A DNA stretch of 64,000 nt from Eledone cirrhosa (GCA_964016885.1 OZ024752.1:47864001-47928000); one strand, 5' to 3'. Counted from the first letter of the stretch, positions 1 to 11,126 are shown. The notes: generated by a model not told the origin, from the letters alone. A program made the numbers and translations.

Positions 1-543
1 AACCTAAGTTAGCGTGGAAGATGGATGTTAAACGATGATGATGATGATGATGTGTGTGTGTGTGTAAACTGAGGTTTCTCGAATCACATTTCCAATTATC
101 TAGACATTATATATATATCATCTTTATAAAAGAAATCTGATTCCGGCAGGAAACCAGCAAGTAACCTTAATTAAAGTTGTATAATATTGTTATTATGTAA
201 CTATAAAGCTCTTCAACCCATATACTCACTTCTTGTTGATTAGTATGCTTGACACACACACACACACACACAGACACCTATATATGTGTGTGTGTGTGTA
301 TATATAAATATGTATATATATATATGTGTGTGTGTGTATGTGGATATATATGTTTGTATGTACATTTTGCTAACATGTGTTTGACAGAGCAACCCCTGCA
401 GAAAATATGTCATCATTAAGGAAAAAAAAAAATATGTCCTATAACTTTACCATTCCTTGACCAGAGACAACAACAACAGCAACAACACAAATAATGTGAC
501 ATTTTATTTTATTTTTTTAAAAATTCTATTTCATTATTTTTCT

Positions 544-579
<36 letters not shown>

Positions 580-1461
580 TCATACAACTGTGAGTGAATA
601 AAGGAAAAAATTACACAATTCTTGCAATCATAATAACAAGCATGTTAGCTTTCACTAGTTGCAACATAACCCACAATCAATATAATTCTTGTGATATCAT
701 TTAAAACACACACTCACACACACAGACACACACACAATTTTTCTGAGTTTTTTTTCCCACTCATTTTTTTTTTTCTTTATTGCGTCAAGCAATTTTATAT
801 CCATTTAGAGTGTTCATGTATGTTTATTTATTTATTCATTTTAGATTATGTTAATTTACGAAGAAAAAAAAAATTTCTTTTACATAATTTTTGTGAGAAT
901 TTTTTTTTTTTTTTTTTTTTTTACCCAAGTCTTTACAGTGATTTTTTACCTTGCAAAATGTTATTTAAATAAAAAAGTTTATATATAAAAAAAAAAAGAC
1001 TGATACACACAAACACACACAGACACACACTAGCACCTGAGCCCACAAACACACACACGCATACATACACACGCATACATACATACATGAAGAATAATAT
1101 TGCATATTTATGGTCAGCTGGGTGGATTATACTTTATATGCATGTGGACACAAGTTTGTTGGTAGTGATTATGATGATGATGCTGCTACAGGCATTACCA
1201 ACAATGACAAGACAACTAATATGCAAAGCATAGAGTTGGCAGTTTGCATTCCGCAGGTTAATTATTTTTTTGTCAAAAAATATAAAATTCATAAAATTTT
1301 CTTTAAAAATTCCAGCGAATTGTTTTAAGAAAATAACTAATGACAAAAAAAAAAAAATAAAATTTATTTAAAATTTTAGCTTAGAAAAAAAATATGTCTA
1401 CGCTCAAAGCTTTTCTTTCTCTCTGTCAAACTATCTATTTTTCTGATTCTCTCTCTCTCTT

Positions 1462-1500
<39 letters not shown>

Positions 1501-1517
1501 TATATATATATATTAAT

Positions 1518-1841
1518 ATAGTATTAGTTATACTATTTATGGTTATGTAAATACAAAACCTTAAGCAGTTGTAAGTATTTTACACACACCCTAAATAGTG
1601 GTAGGCAGTAATGTATTACTACCTTATTACCAGTAAGTTAAGTAGCTCAATGTAAAAACATCAGATGATTTACAGAGCAGTTATATGAAATATAAGAATC
1701 AAAGAACTGTTCAAAACATTATTGTGCTTACAGCTGTTTCCTCCAAACCGAGGTTTGGATTCTTCGGAGCAATTTATTAATGCATGGACAGTTATATGAC
1801 CTCCTTTTCAGCCGAGAGACATACCAAATACATATTCAAAC
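1518..1841 (-). repeat. 3' pseudo-LTR of the PLE (324 bp)
   Basis: Matches 5691-6014 at a constant offset of 4173 (atagtattag...catattcaaac). Confidence 0.92.
1725..1771 (-). ncRNA. Minimal type I hammerhead ribozyme, variant core (PLE pLTR copy 1)
   Basis: tgct-CCGAAGA-a tccaaacc tc ggtttgga g-GAAA-cagctg-TA-agca: stem I tgct/agca, palindromic stem III, GUA cleavage triplet. Confidence 0.8.
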
Positions 1842-3188
1842 ATTGATACATATTCAAACATTGTGGGTCAACATTCATTACAGAATTTAGAGTGGCAGTA
1901 CACACTTCGAGATTACATTTATATTAATAGGTACAATCAAAAATCAAAGATATAGGTTAAAGTACAACATGAAGATAAGTGGTTATATAGTGCAAATGTT
2001 ATATGTGTGGCACGCATGTGCGTCTTGTTTATATAGTGTGGCAGAGAGATATGTGTGGTAGAGGCACTTAGGTAGGTAAATAAGAGTGTTAGGTTGGTAT
2101 GTCTGGTGGCAAAGTCTTTATATGATTAATATAGTCTGTGTGTGGAGAAATATTATAAGCATTAAAGATAGTGCAAGCATTAAAAGTGTTATAAGTATTG
2201 GAGATGCACAGCGCAGGGATGTCAAGTAATTCATGTACTTCGGCATTTTCATGGTCAAGGGAGTGTATATTTCGATTATATGCCTTTCACATAATCCACG
2301 ACAATCCAGTAAGAGATCGTAGTCTGGTGTTCTTTAGTTCGATACAGGGGGATGTTACGTTTCGAGAAACGCCATTGAATACCGGAAGTGTGTGTGTGGC
2401 TAAGGGGAGTTAATGCATGCGGGGAGGTAACTCTGGGGTTTCTATATCTAGCCATTAAAATGTGTCCCAATATAGACCCTAAATTCTATGGTGAGGTGCA
2501 CCTTCCAAGAGAGACTTTAAAGCATAAAGTGTACTAACTATAGAGTAGTTTATATTATTATTAAGGTGGATTAACCCATCTTAGGGTGCTACAAATGGAA
2601 ATTATAGATGATGCGCGAGGATTCTAAATTAATGATCTCTGTGGTTGTAGTCTGCTCATATGACCAGGCGCGGTGATTGCAGGATTGCTTCAGGACCCAA
2701 TGATCTCTGGTAAGATCTGGGTCATCGCTTGCTACATTGGATGTCGAAAGATAATCGTCCCCAGGCAGGCCAAGGTCAATCCGCAGTCCTCGCGACCCCT
2801 CTCTGACCGTCAGATCATCCATATACGTACAACCCGCACGGCAGTTGCATTGCATTCACTCACTGCGCTCAGCAGCCCGGTCCTACTGGTCAACAGCGCT
2901 ACTCGATTAAATCATTTTACATCTGTCTAAGGAAGGTGTTTCCTCTGCCCAACACCATCCAACCGATCAATTCATGCTCAAATTACCCTTAGAGCGGTGT
3001 AGTGCCATCATGTGGGTGGATGTTGTCACACCTGCCGTAGAGGTATAAATGGGTATTTTCCCTGCGAAGGGTTCCAGAGGGATGTCGTTGTTTGTGTTAT
3101 AATGGATCAGCTAGTGTTGGGTATGTAGTATAGGGTGTGTTTCTGGTGTTTGATGCTAGATGTGGTGTTAGGTTCCAGTCCGACATTG

Positions 3189-5648
3189 CTATATATAGGG
3201 CTTAAAGTTTTGGAAGGAATGTCTGAGGCGGTGCTGGCAAGTTGCAAACACCTCAGATTTTTTGTTAAGTAGGTTACGGTTGGAGAAGATAATATTGTGA
3301 GTCTCTAGAATACAGAGGTTACAGAATTTATTAGGTGGTTTGTACGAGGTCGCGCTGCCTATCACTTCCCATTTGAGTGTGTATGGTTTATTTTTAGATT
3401 TTAGATAGTGTATGTAGCTAGAAAGTGAGGTGGAGTTGGCTAGGCTGTGCTTTTTGAACGAGTGGATGTGCGAGTTATATCTGATTTTGAAGCAGTTAGA
3501 AGTGGAGCCTACATAGGTTTCTGAAGAGTTATTAGTCGTGACTGTGCATGAGTATATGACATCCTTGGTTAGGCATTTTTTATCTAAAGGGCAGGTTCTA
3601 TTAGCTCTACAGTTACAATTATTCTGTGCGTTAGTCCGCTGGTTATAATGCAATGCGGAAGTCTGTGTGGTGGATATAGGATTTTGGGTGTTCGGGTTGG
3701 CAACCCTGGTGTTATTACTTATACTAGTGTTATTTCTATTGTTACTGCCGTTGCTATTGTTGCTTGCTACAGTGGTATTTAGAGGGTTTGCATCCTGTTG
3801 TGATTTTGTTTGTTGGAAGTAAGAACTAATTTTACTATTATTGCTGCTAGCTATGTGGTATGCTAAGTTAGGCGTCGTAGAGTATGAGATTTTAATGGTG
3901 TTTTTGTTTAAGAGGTTGTGGTACTTGTGTCCTAGAGGGAAGTTTTTATCTAGTAGTGAGAAGAAAGCCCTAGGTATGTTGGTGGAGACATTTAGGTTGA
4001 AAGGAGGGTTGAAAAATGTATTATTTCTTCTTCTATTTTTGCTTTTAGTGTTTGGTGTGTTGCTTCCTCCTAAGGCCTCACAGTAGTTTCCATGGTAATG
4101 GTTACTTCCTGTGGCACCCTCCGCTTTGGTGTACTTGTGGTTGCTATTCCTATTATTAGATTTCCTCATGGACATGTTGTGCGAGATTATGTTGTAGCTA
4201 TGTGTTTTCTTAGGTAGGAACTCAATTTCTATATTATGGCCGGAGCTAGCTAATGCTTGATTGTAATATTGTGAGTTTTTGCTAAATATGTTTGCGTCAT
4301 AGGACAGACTAGAGATTCTATTGGACACCCCCTTAGAGATAGAGTTTAATATTGATCTAGGGTGATTAGACTTGGTATCTACGTAAATAAGTTTCTCATT
4401 AGGCTTATGGAAAGGTGTATATATTTTTGAGTCTAGGTATAGTGTGGCGTCTAGGAAGTTAACATTTTTAGTGTTTTTGTCCATGGTGATACTAAGGTTA
4501 AAGTTTTTGAATGTCTTATGCAGTTGTTTTCTAGTTCTTTCTATATTAAATTTTTTATATTCTATGAGTAGAAGTGCATCGTCGCGGTACAAACCACCGT
4601 TGAGGTAAGGGAGGTCTTTATGGATTTCATTGAGGAGGTATAGGCCGACCAAATCAGTGACCTGCGCCGAGTCACTAGATCCCATGGTTATGTCGAAGTT
4701 GTTGTGCGTATCCTTGCGTGTCCATAGTTGGTCCTCGAAGGTGATTATGGTTTTACGGGCCGCAAGGATGACATCAACCTGGGCTCTAGTCAGGTCGCTA
4801 TTGGTCATGGCCATGATAAGTGCCTTATTTAATAGGATAGGGGAAATAGAGGTGTAGTATGAATTGATATCAAATTGAATAAATTTTTTGTTCTTATTAT
4901 TCTTGATATCCTTAAACCATTCAATTACTTCACCCGTATTTCCCCATTGTTTAAGGTGTATCTTGTGTTTAATTTGTGGGATGATTTTATCCAAAATCTT
5001 CTTGCTGATAATACCAATGTCGGACTTGGAAGGGCAGATAAGTCTTATCGTGGGGTTGCTGATGAAGTTCTCCTTATGGTCCTTCAGAGAGAATCTAGGG
5101 GGGTTCGGAGTGAAAGGTTGTGTATGCCTCTGTAGTCCTAGTTTAGACACTATATTATAACCCTCAACATTAATATCTTCTAAGTTTTTCAAGGTGGTTT
5201 TTTTGTAGCTTTTATGTAGTTCATTATATATAAACTTTCTATAAGTAATATAATCTAGGCTGTATATGTTATTAGTTTTATCTGCGTGTACAATAATTTT
5301 ATTACTAGTTTTGAATCCACTAATAGAAGTGTTAAGTTTGTTTAAGAAGGTGTTGCTTCTAATATGGTGCTTATTGTATTTAATGTTCTTAACTAGTTTA
5401 ACTAGGTCATTTTCAAAGGAGTTAAGTAGAGTGTTATGAGGGGGGCTTTTAAAGGTTTTAAAGCCGAAGGAGTCAAAATTGTTAGTATTATTCAAGTTGT
5501 TAGATTTGTTTCTATCATAATGGAATGTCCTCCATCTCACTCTATTGATAAATGAATTTACACTGTTGATCAGCAATTTCTCATATGTATTCCTGGATGG
5601 TATTGGTATGTTCTTGGTTGACATGGGGAGTTGGTCTTTGATTAGCAT
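3189..5648 (-). CDS. Penelope-like element polyprotein: reverse transcriptase plus C-terminal GIY-YIG endonuclease (probably Hydra clade)
   Basis: Uninterrupted 819-aa ORF. RT motifs: DKT, LKDHK, IRLICP, FDINSYYTSI (A), TMGSSDS (B'), LYRDD (C), VNFLD (E), SNHP thumb. These are followed by CNCRANRTC (CxCx5C), VIY...YVG (GIY-YIG), IRY, CNLC..E, LLN and a terminal CQH. Confidence 0.95.
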   Translation of the reverse strand: MLIKDQLPMSTKNIPIPSRNTYEKLLINSVNSFINRVRWRTFHYDRNKSNNLNNTNNFDSFGFKTFKSPPHNTLLNSFENDLVKLVKNIKYNKHHIRSNTFLNKLNTSISGFKTSNKIIVHADKTNNIYSLDYITYRKFIYNELHKSYKKTTLKNLEDINVEGYNIVSKLGLQRHTQPFTPNPPRFSLKDHKENFISNPTIRLICPSKSDIGIISKKILDKIIPQIKHKIHLKQWGNTGEVIEWFKDIKNNKNKKFIQFDINSYYTSISPILLNKALIMAMTNSDLTRAQVDVILAARKTIITFEDQLWTRKDTHNNFDITMGSSDSAQVTDLVGLYLLNEIHKDLPYLNGGLYRDDALLLIEYKKFNIERTRKQLHKTFKNFNLSITMDKNTKNVNFLDATLYLDSKIYTPFHKPNEKLIYVDTKSNHPRSILNSISKGVSNRISSLSYDANIFSKNSQYYNQALASSGHNIEIEFLPKKTHSYNIISHNMSMRKSNNRNSNHKYTKAEGATGSNHYHGNYCEALGGSNTPNTKSKNRRRNNTFFNPPFNLNVSTNIPRAFFSLLDKNFPLGHKYHNLLNKNTIKISYSTTPNLAYHIASSNNSKISSYFQQTKSQQDANPLNTTVASNNSNGSNNRNNTSISNNTRVANPNTQNPISTTQTSALHYNQRTNAQNNCNCRANRTCPLDKKCLTKDVIYSCTVTTNNSSETYVGSTSNCFKIRYNSHIHSFKKHSLANSTSLSSYIHYLKSKNKPYTLKWEVIGSATSYKPPNKFCNLCILETHNIIFSNRNLLNKKSEVFATCQHRLRHSFQNFKPYI

Positions 5649-5690
5649 ATTGGCAATATTATATGTCAGCTCAACGATATGGAGCAGTTA

Positions 5691-6014
5691 ATAGTATTAG
5701 TTATACTATTTATGGTTATGTAAATACAAAACCTTAAGCAGTTGTAAGTATTTTACACACACCCTAAATAGTGGTAGGCAGTAATGTATTACTACCTTAT
5801 TACCAGTAAGTTAAGTAGCTCAATGTAAAAACATCAGATGATTTACAGAGCAGTTATATGAAATATAAGAATCAAAGAACTGTTCAAAACATTATTGTGC
5901 TTACAGCTGTTTCCTCCAAACCGAGGTTTGGATTCTTCGGAGCAATTTATTAATGCATGGACAGTTATATGACCTCCTTTTCAGCCGAGAGACATACCAA
6001 ATACATATTCAAAC
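5691..6014 (-). repeat. 5' pseudo-LTR of the PLE (324 bp)
   Basis: Direct repeat of 1518-1841; ends about 40 nt upstream of the ORF ATG. Confidence 0.92.
5898..5944 (-). ncRNA. Minimal hammerhead ribozyme (PLE pLTR copy 2)
   Basis: Same motif as 1725-1771, within the 5' pLTR. Confidence 0.8.
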
Positions 6015-7530
6015 TATATATAGCAATGTCGGACTGGAACCTAACACCACATCTAGCATCAAACACCAGAAACACACCCTATACTACATACCCAACACTA
6101 GCTGATCCATTATAACACAAACAACGACATCCCTCTGGAACCCTTCGCAGGGAAAATACCCATTTATACCTCTACGGCAGGTGTGACAACATCCACCCAC
6201 ATGATGGCACTACACCGCTCTAAGGGTAATTTGAGCATGAATTGATCGGTTGGATGGTGTTGGGCAGAGGAAACACCTTCCTTAGACAGATGTAAAATGA
6301 TTTAATCGAGTAGCGCTGTTGACCAGTAGGACCGGGCTGCTGAGTGCAGTGAGTGAATGCAATGCAACTGCCGTGCGGGTTGTACGTATATGGATGATCT
6401 GACGGTCAGAGAGGGGTCGCGAGGACTGCGGATTGACCTTGGCCTGCCTGGGGACGATTATCTTTCGACATCCAATGTAGCAAGCGATGACCCAGATCTT
6501 ACCAGAGATCATTGGGTCCTGAAGCAATCCTGCAATCACCGCGCCTGGTCATATGAGCAGACTACAACCACAGAGATCATTAATTTAGAATCCTCGCGCA
6601 TCATCTATAATTTCCATTTGTAGCACCCTAAGATGGGTTAATCCACCTTAATAATAATATAAACTACTCTATAGTTAGTACACTTTATGCTTTAAAGTCT
6701 CTCTTGGAAGGTGCACCTCACCATAGAATTTAGGGTCTATATTGGGACACATTTTAATGGCTAGATATAGAAACCCCAGAGTTACCTCCCCGCATGCATT
6801 AACTCCCCTTAGCCACACACACACTTCCGGTATTCAATGGCGTTTCTCGAAACGTAACATCCCCCTGTATCGAACTAAAGAACACCAGACTACGATCTCT
6901 TACTGGATTGTCGTGGATTATGTGAAAGGCATATAATCGAAATATACACTCCCTTGACCATGAAAATGCCGAAGTACATGAATTACTTGACATCCCTGCG
7001 CTGTGCATCTCCAATACTTATAACACTTTTAATGCTTGCACTATCTTTAATGCTTATAATATTTCTCCACACACAGACTATATTAATCATATAAAGACTT
7101 TGCCACCAGACATACCAACCTAACACTCTTATTTACCTACCTAAGTGCCTCTACCACACATATCTCTCTGCCACACTATATAAACAAGACGCACATGCGT
7201 GCCACACATATAACATTTGCACTATATAACCACTTATCTTCATGTTGTACTTTAACCTATATCTTTGATTTTTGATTGTACCTATTAATATAAATGTAAT
7301 CTCGAAGTGTGTACTGCCACTCTAAATTCTGTAATGAATGCTGACCCACAATGTTTGAATATGTATCAATGTTTGAATATGTATTTGGTATGTCTCTCGG
7401 CTGAAAAGGAGGTCATATAACTGTCCATGCATTAATAAATTGCTCCGAAGAATCCAAACCTCGGTTTGGAGGAAACAGCTGTAAGCACAATAATGTTTTG
7501 AACAGTTCTTTGATTCTTATATTTCATATA
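6014..7530 (+). repeat. Inverted copy of the PLE 3' region (1517 bp)
   Basis: Paired coordinates sum to 9212, and the ORF track shows mirror ORFs (2673-2930/6282-6539, 2589-2855/6357-6623). I noticed only two substitutions by eye. Confidence 0.95.
7441..7487 (+). ncRNA. Minimal hammerhead ribozyme (inverted-arm copy 3)
   Basis: tgctccgaagaatccaaacctcggtttggaggaaacagctgtaagca, read directly on the + strand. Confidence 0.8.
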
Positions 7531-7564
<34 letters not shown>

Positions 7565-7951
7565 TATATATATATATATACATATTAATATATATGTGTG
7601 TAGATATATATATAATATTTCTTTTTTTGTCGAGTCTGTAGTTTCTTCTCTGCCTACATGTTGTCAAACTATTTTAATATGTCATGTGTATATTGAAGAC
7701 ATATACATAAATATAATAGACGCATATATACACACATTGTCCTAACGTGTGTATATTTATGTGTGACTGATTATGTGCATGCATATAAGTGGAAATGAAC
7801 GTGCGTGTGTGTATAATATATCTTCCTGCTTACTATATATAAAGAGAAATATAAACAGATTGAATATTTCCACTATAAACATATGTTGATAACGACTATA
7901 TGTTGAAGCATTCTAAATGAATTTAATGTGTGTGTGTGTATATATATATAT

Positions 7952-8320
7952 GGAGGCACATGGCTTAGTGGTTAGAGCATTGGCCTTGCAATCGAAAGGT
8001 TGTGAGTTCAATTCTCAGGCCGGGTGATGTGTTGTTTCCTTGAGCAAGACACTTTATTTCACATTGCTCCAGTTTACTCAGCTGTAGAAATGAGATGATA
8101 GGGACTGGGGGGGGGGGGGGTCGCTATCATTCCACTGCAAAGTGGTCATGGAGGTGCCACGGCAAAAAAGCACCCAGCACTCACTGTAAATGAGGTTGGT
8201 GTTAGGAAGGGCATCCAGCTGTAGAAATCAAGCCAGAATCAGTTCCCGTCCCACCCTTGCAAGCAGGGAAAAAGTGGACGTAAAATGAAATGATGATGAA
8301 ATGATGATGAAATGATGATG
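7952..8320 (+). mobile_element. tRNA-derived SINE (family A: CORE-like domain, RTE-LINE-type tail)
   Basis: A box tggcttagtgg, B box gagttcaattct, CORE-like tccttgagcaagacacttt...cagctgtagaaatg, tail cccacccttgcaagcagggaaaagtggacgt(aaa)(tga)n; several near-identical copies in the window. Confidence 0.88.
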
Positions 8321-8498
8321 ACATACATATATATAAAAAATGTGGGTAATATATATTATTAAATATTATCCAATTACCAGTATGAGAGAAGCTCAATGTA
8401 AAATAAAAAATGTAATACAGAACCAAAATACTTTATAAATATATATATATATATATATCAAGTAAGAACATTTTCGAAACAGCGAGTTGATTTGAAAT

Positions 8499-8734
8499 TA
8501 TTAGAAATGTTAGCTATCGCCGTTTTTTGACTAAAGCAATTAAAGAAATTATTTAGCCTGATAGTGGGGTTAAGAACCCTCGGAGAAATGGAAAAATATG
8601 AGTATTGACATACATGGGAGTACGTCAATACTCATCTTTTTCCATTTCTCCGAGGGTTCTTAACCCCACTATCAGGCTAAATAATTTTTTTAATTGCTTT
8701 AGTAAAAAAACGGCGATAGCTAACATTTCTAATA
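8499..8734. repeat. Fold-back palindrome (arms ~115 bp, 6-nt loop)
   Basis: tattagaaatgttagctatcgcc...gacatac / atggga / gtacgtc...ggcgatagctaacatttctaata; the left arm is homologous to 50766-50880. Confidence 0.9.
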
Positions 8735-9079
8735 TATATATATATATATATATCCATATAGAAATAAGTTTTATTGTGTAACACATGTTTCATCATATGC
8801 CTATTTTTGCTCCTCTGTGTGTATATCTGTGTTTATGTAATCATGTAATAAAACTCAGTTCAGCTACACTGAAAGACACTCATTCTCTACAGCCAGAACA
8901 AAAACAGAGCAAGACATTTTGTTCTAAATTCTATCCTTTTATCTTTTGTTTAGTTTTAGTTTTACAGTTTATTTATGGATGGAAGGATGAAAACAAAGTA
9001 GATGCTGCTGAAAGCATACAAGGGTCAGATTGTGGGGTTAAACCAGGCAAAAGAGTCTCTCTACTTCCCAATTAGGCCA

Positions 9080-9300
9080 TGGAGGCACATGGCTTAGTGA
9101 TTAGAGCATTGGGCTTGCAATCGAAAGGTTGTGACTTCAAGTCTCGGACCAGTTGATGTGTTGTTTCCTTGAGCAAGACACTATATTTCACGCGTGCTCG
9201 TTTACTCAGCTGTAGAAATGAGATGATAGGACTGGGGTCCCTATCATTAAGTTACCCAAGACACCTCTAACGAGAGGCCAGATAAACCTGCATAGTTGGC
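9080..9300 (+). mobile_element. SINE with family A head and an alternative 3' part
   Basis: Same tRNA/CORE-like head up to gtccctatcatt, then aagttacccaagacacctctaacgag...; counterpart at 54175-54434 (-). Confidence 0.75.
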
Positions 9301-9609
9301 CATAGTGAGATTTAAACAGAGAAATCAAAAAGCTGGAACAAATATTGCAAAGCATTTTGTCTAATGGAGAGCTTCCATAACTGATGGGAAGGAAGATAGA
9401 ACATACCCTCATTCCTTCAAACTAGATACTTGTTCTGAACGCTTGCATGTGTTGGTATTCAACTGGTATTCAATATATTAAGTTGACCAGTATTATGTAT
9501 GAAAATCATTCTCGTTTGTCAGTGAACTCAATATATCCCAGTGCTGTCTCAGTTATCAATTGGAAATCAGCTTGACGTCACAACCAACATCAGAAATAGC
9601 AACGAATAT

Positions 9610-9925
9610 CCTCATCCTCATCATTTTACGTCTGCTTTTCCCTGCTTGTAAGGGTGGGACGGGTCCTATTCAGCACATCATCTCTCCACTTGTCACGGTC
9701 CTTCGTCATCTCGACCGTGAGCTTCAGCGATCTGAGGTCTGCTCTCACCACCTCCGCCCATGTTTTTCATGGTCTTCCTCTATTACATCTTCCTTCTACT
9801 GGCATTTCTTGGCACTTCTTCACCCATCGGCCATCCTCCATGTGCATCACATGTCCATACAATCGCAGTCTCCTCTCCCGCACACAACAATTTATCCCTC
9901 TCAGACACAGTTTCTCTCTCAACAC
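9610..9925 (-). mobile_element. RTE-clade LINE 3' fragment
   Basis: Reverse complement of the 13050-13395 fragment (RRLRLYGHV region, same tail). Confidence 0.8.
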
Positions 9926-10826
9926 AAATACAATAAACAAATTAGAAAGTAGGAGTAAATAAAATAAATTTATCCTAATGATGAAATTTTATTTGAAATT
10001 TTCCAAATGTCTACTGCCAATGACTGAAACAGAAAAATTTTAAGTAACTCTTTATTTTCAATTTTATTTAATTTTATCAAATTTTCTTTTTTTACTTAAT
10101 TTTAATTTTTTTTCAAAACCATCATGAAATGAAATGCAATTCCTTGTCCTGTTTTTATCATTTTAATTTTTATATTTACATGATTGTAAACTTGAAGCAA
10201 TTTATAATTTATAAACTTCTTTCTTTTTTATTTCTTGTGATGAAATTTCAGAAAAAAAACAAAACAAAAAAAAATCAAACAAAAAAAAACATTTATTGCT
10301 TATTTATTTATTTATTTATTTAACATTTCCACCACCATCACCCCCTACCGCCAACCGCCGTCTCCGATTCTGACAAATTTTCACTGCATTCAGCTTGTAA
10401 ACCATAAAATATCCATCAACACCACAACTGTTTCTTGTCGGTTTACTACCAATATTATATTTATTTTCTTCTTTTCTCTTCACTTTGGTGCCATTTCTTT
10501 TGTATATATATATATATATATTTTCGTCAATTTCTTGTTGTTTTGTTCACCCCCCCCTCCTCCTTTTATCAAGTCAGTACTTTACCTTTCTCTCTTATCT
10601 TCTCATCTTTTTCTGAAATAAATTTCATTGCCTGACAACCATAATAACTTTACTTTTGATCCAATTTGCAACAACGTCACCATGCTCTTCTCCAAAGATT
10701 TACATCATACTTTTATACTCTTATCTCTCGCTTCCACATCTTCTCTCTCTCTCTCTCTCTTCTCTTTTTATGCCTTTGTCTGTCTATCCATCTATCTATT
10801 CATCTCTCTCTCTCTCTCTGTCTCTG

Positions 10827-10857
<31 letters not shown>

Positions 10858-10870
10858 CATCGCCAATATA

Positions 10871-10941
<71 letters not shown>

Positions 10942-10951
10942 TATATATATG

Positions 10952-10983
<32 letters not shown>

Positions 10984-11126
10984 TATAAATATATGTATGT
11001 ATATATATGTATATATATACATATATATATATATATATGTATGTATATATATGTATATATATATAATATTATTGGCAACATGACCCTCCCAAAGTATAAC
11101 AATATATATAATATATATATATATAT

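Larger units (their letters stand above)
1518..7530 (-). mobile_element. Complete Penelope-like retroelement insertion: pLTR-ORF-long 3' region-pLTR, plus an inverted partial copy
   Basis: 1518-1841 is directly repeated at 5691-6014; 6014-7530 is the reverse complement of 1682-3198; both ends abut (TA)n tracts interrupted by TTAA. Confidence 0.93.

Noticed and set aside
1110-1258. Possible exon ending CAG|GTTAAT
   Set aside because: No clear acceptor or recognisable peptide; cannot be supported without transcript data.
3841-5160. + strand ORFs overlapping the PLE ORF
   Set aside because: Antisense shadows of the real CDS with no recognisable motifs.
1518-6014. LTR retrotransposon interpretation of the direct repeats
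   Set aside because: No TG..CA ends, gag, protease or integrase; the RT and GIY-YIG motifs are PLE-type.
6485-6525. SECIS or box C/D-like ATGA...CTGA hairpin in the PLE 3' region
   Set aside because: No apical AA motif or correct quartet spacing, and the main ORF has no in-frame TGA needing recoding.
6803-7123. Sense frame of ~105 codons with one internal TGA in the PLE 3' region
   Set aside because: No start codon before the last residue of the first half and no recognisable motif; consistent with chance.
7952-8025. tRNA gene
   Set aside because: A/B boxes are present, but the acceptor stem is poor and the sequence continues into a SINE body found in many copies.
8106-8120. 15-G run suggesting a G-quadruplex
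   Set aside because: Homopolymer expansion of a 4-5 G run seen in the other SINE copies; possibly a sequencing error.
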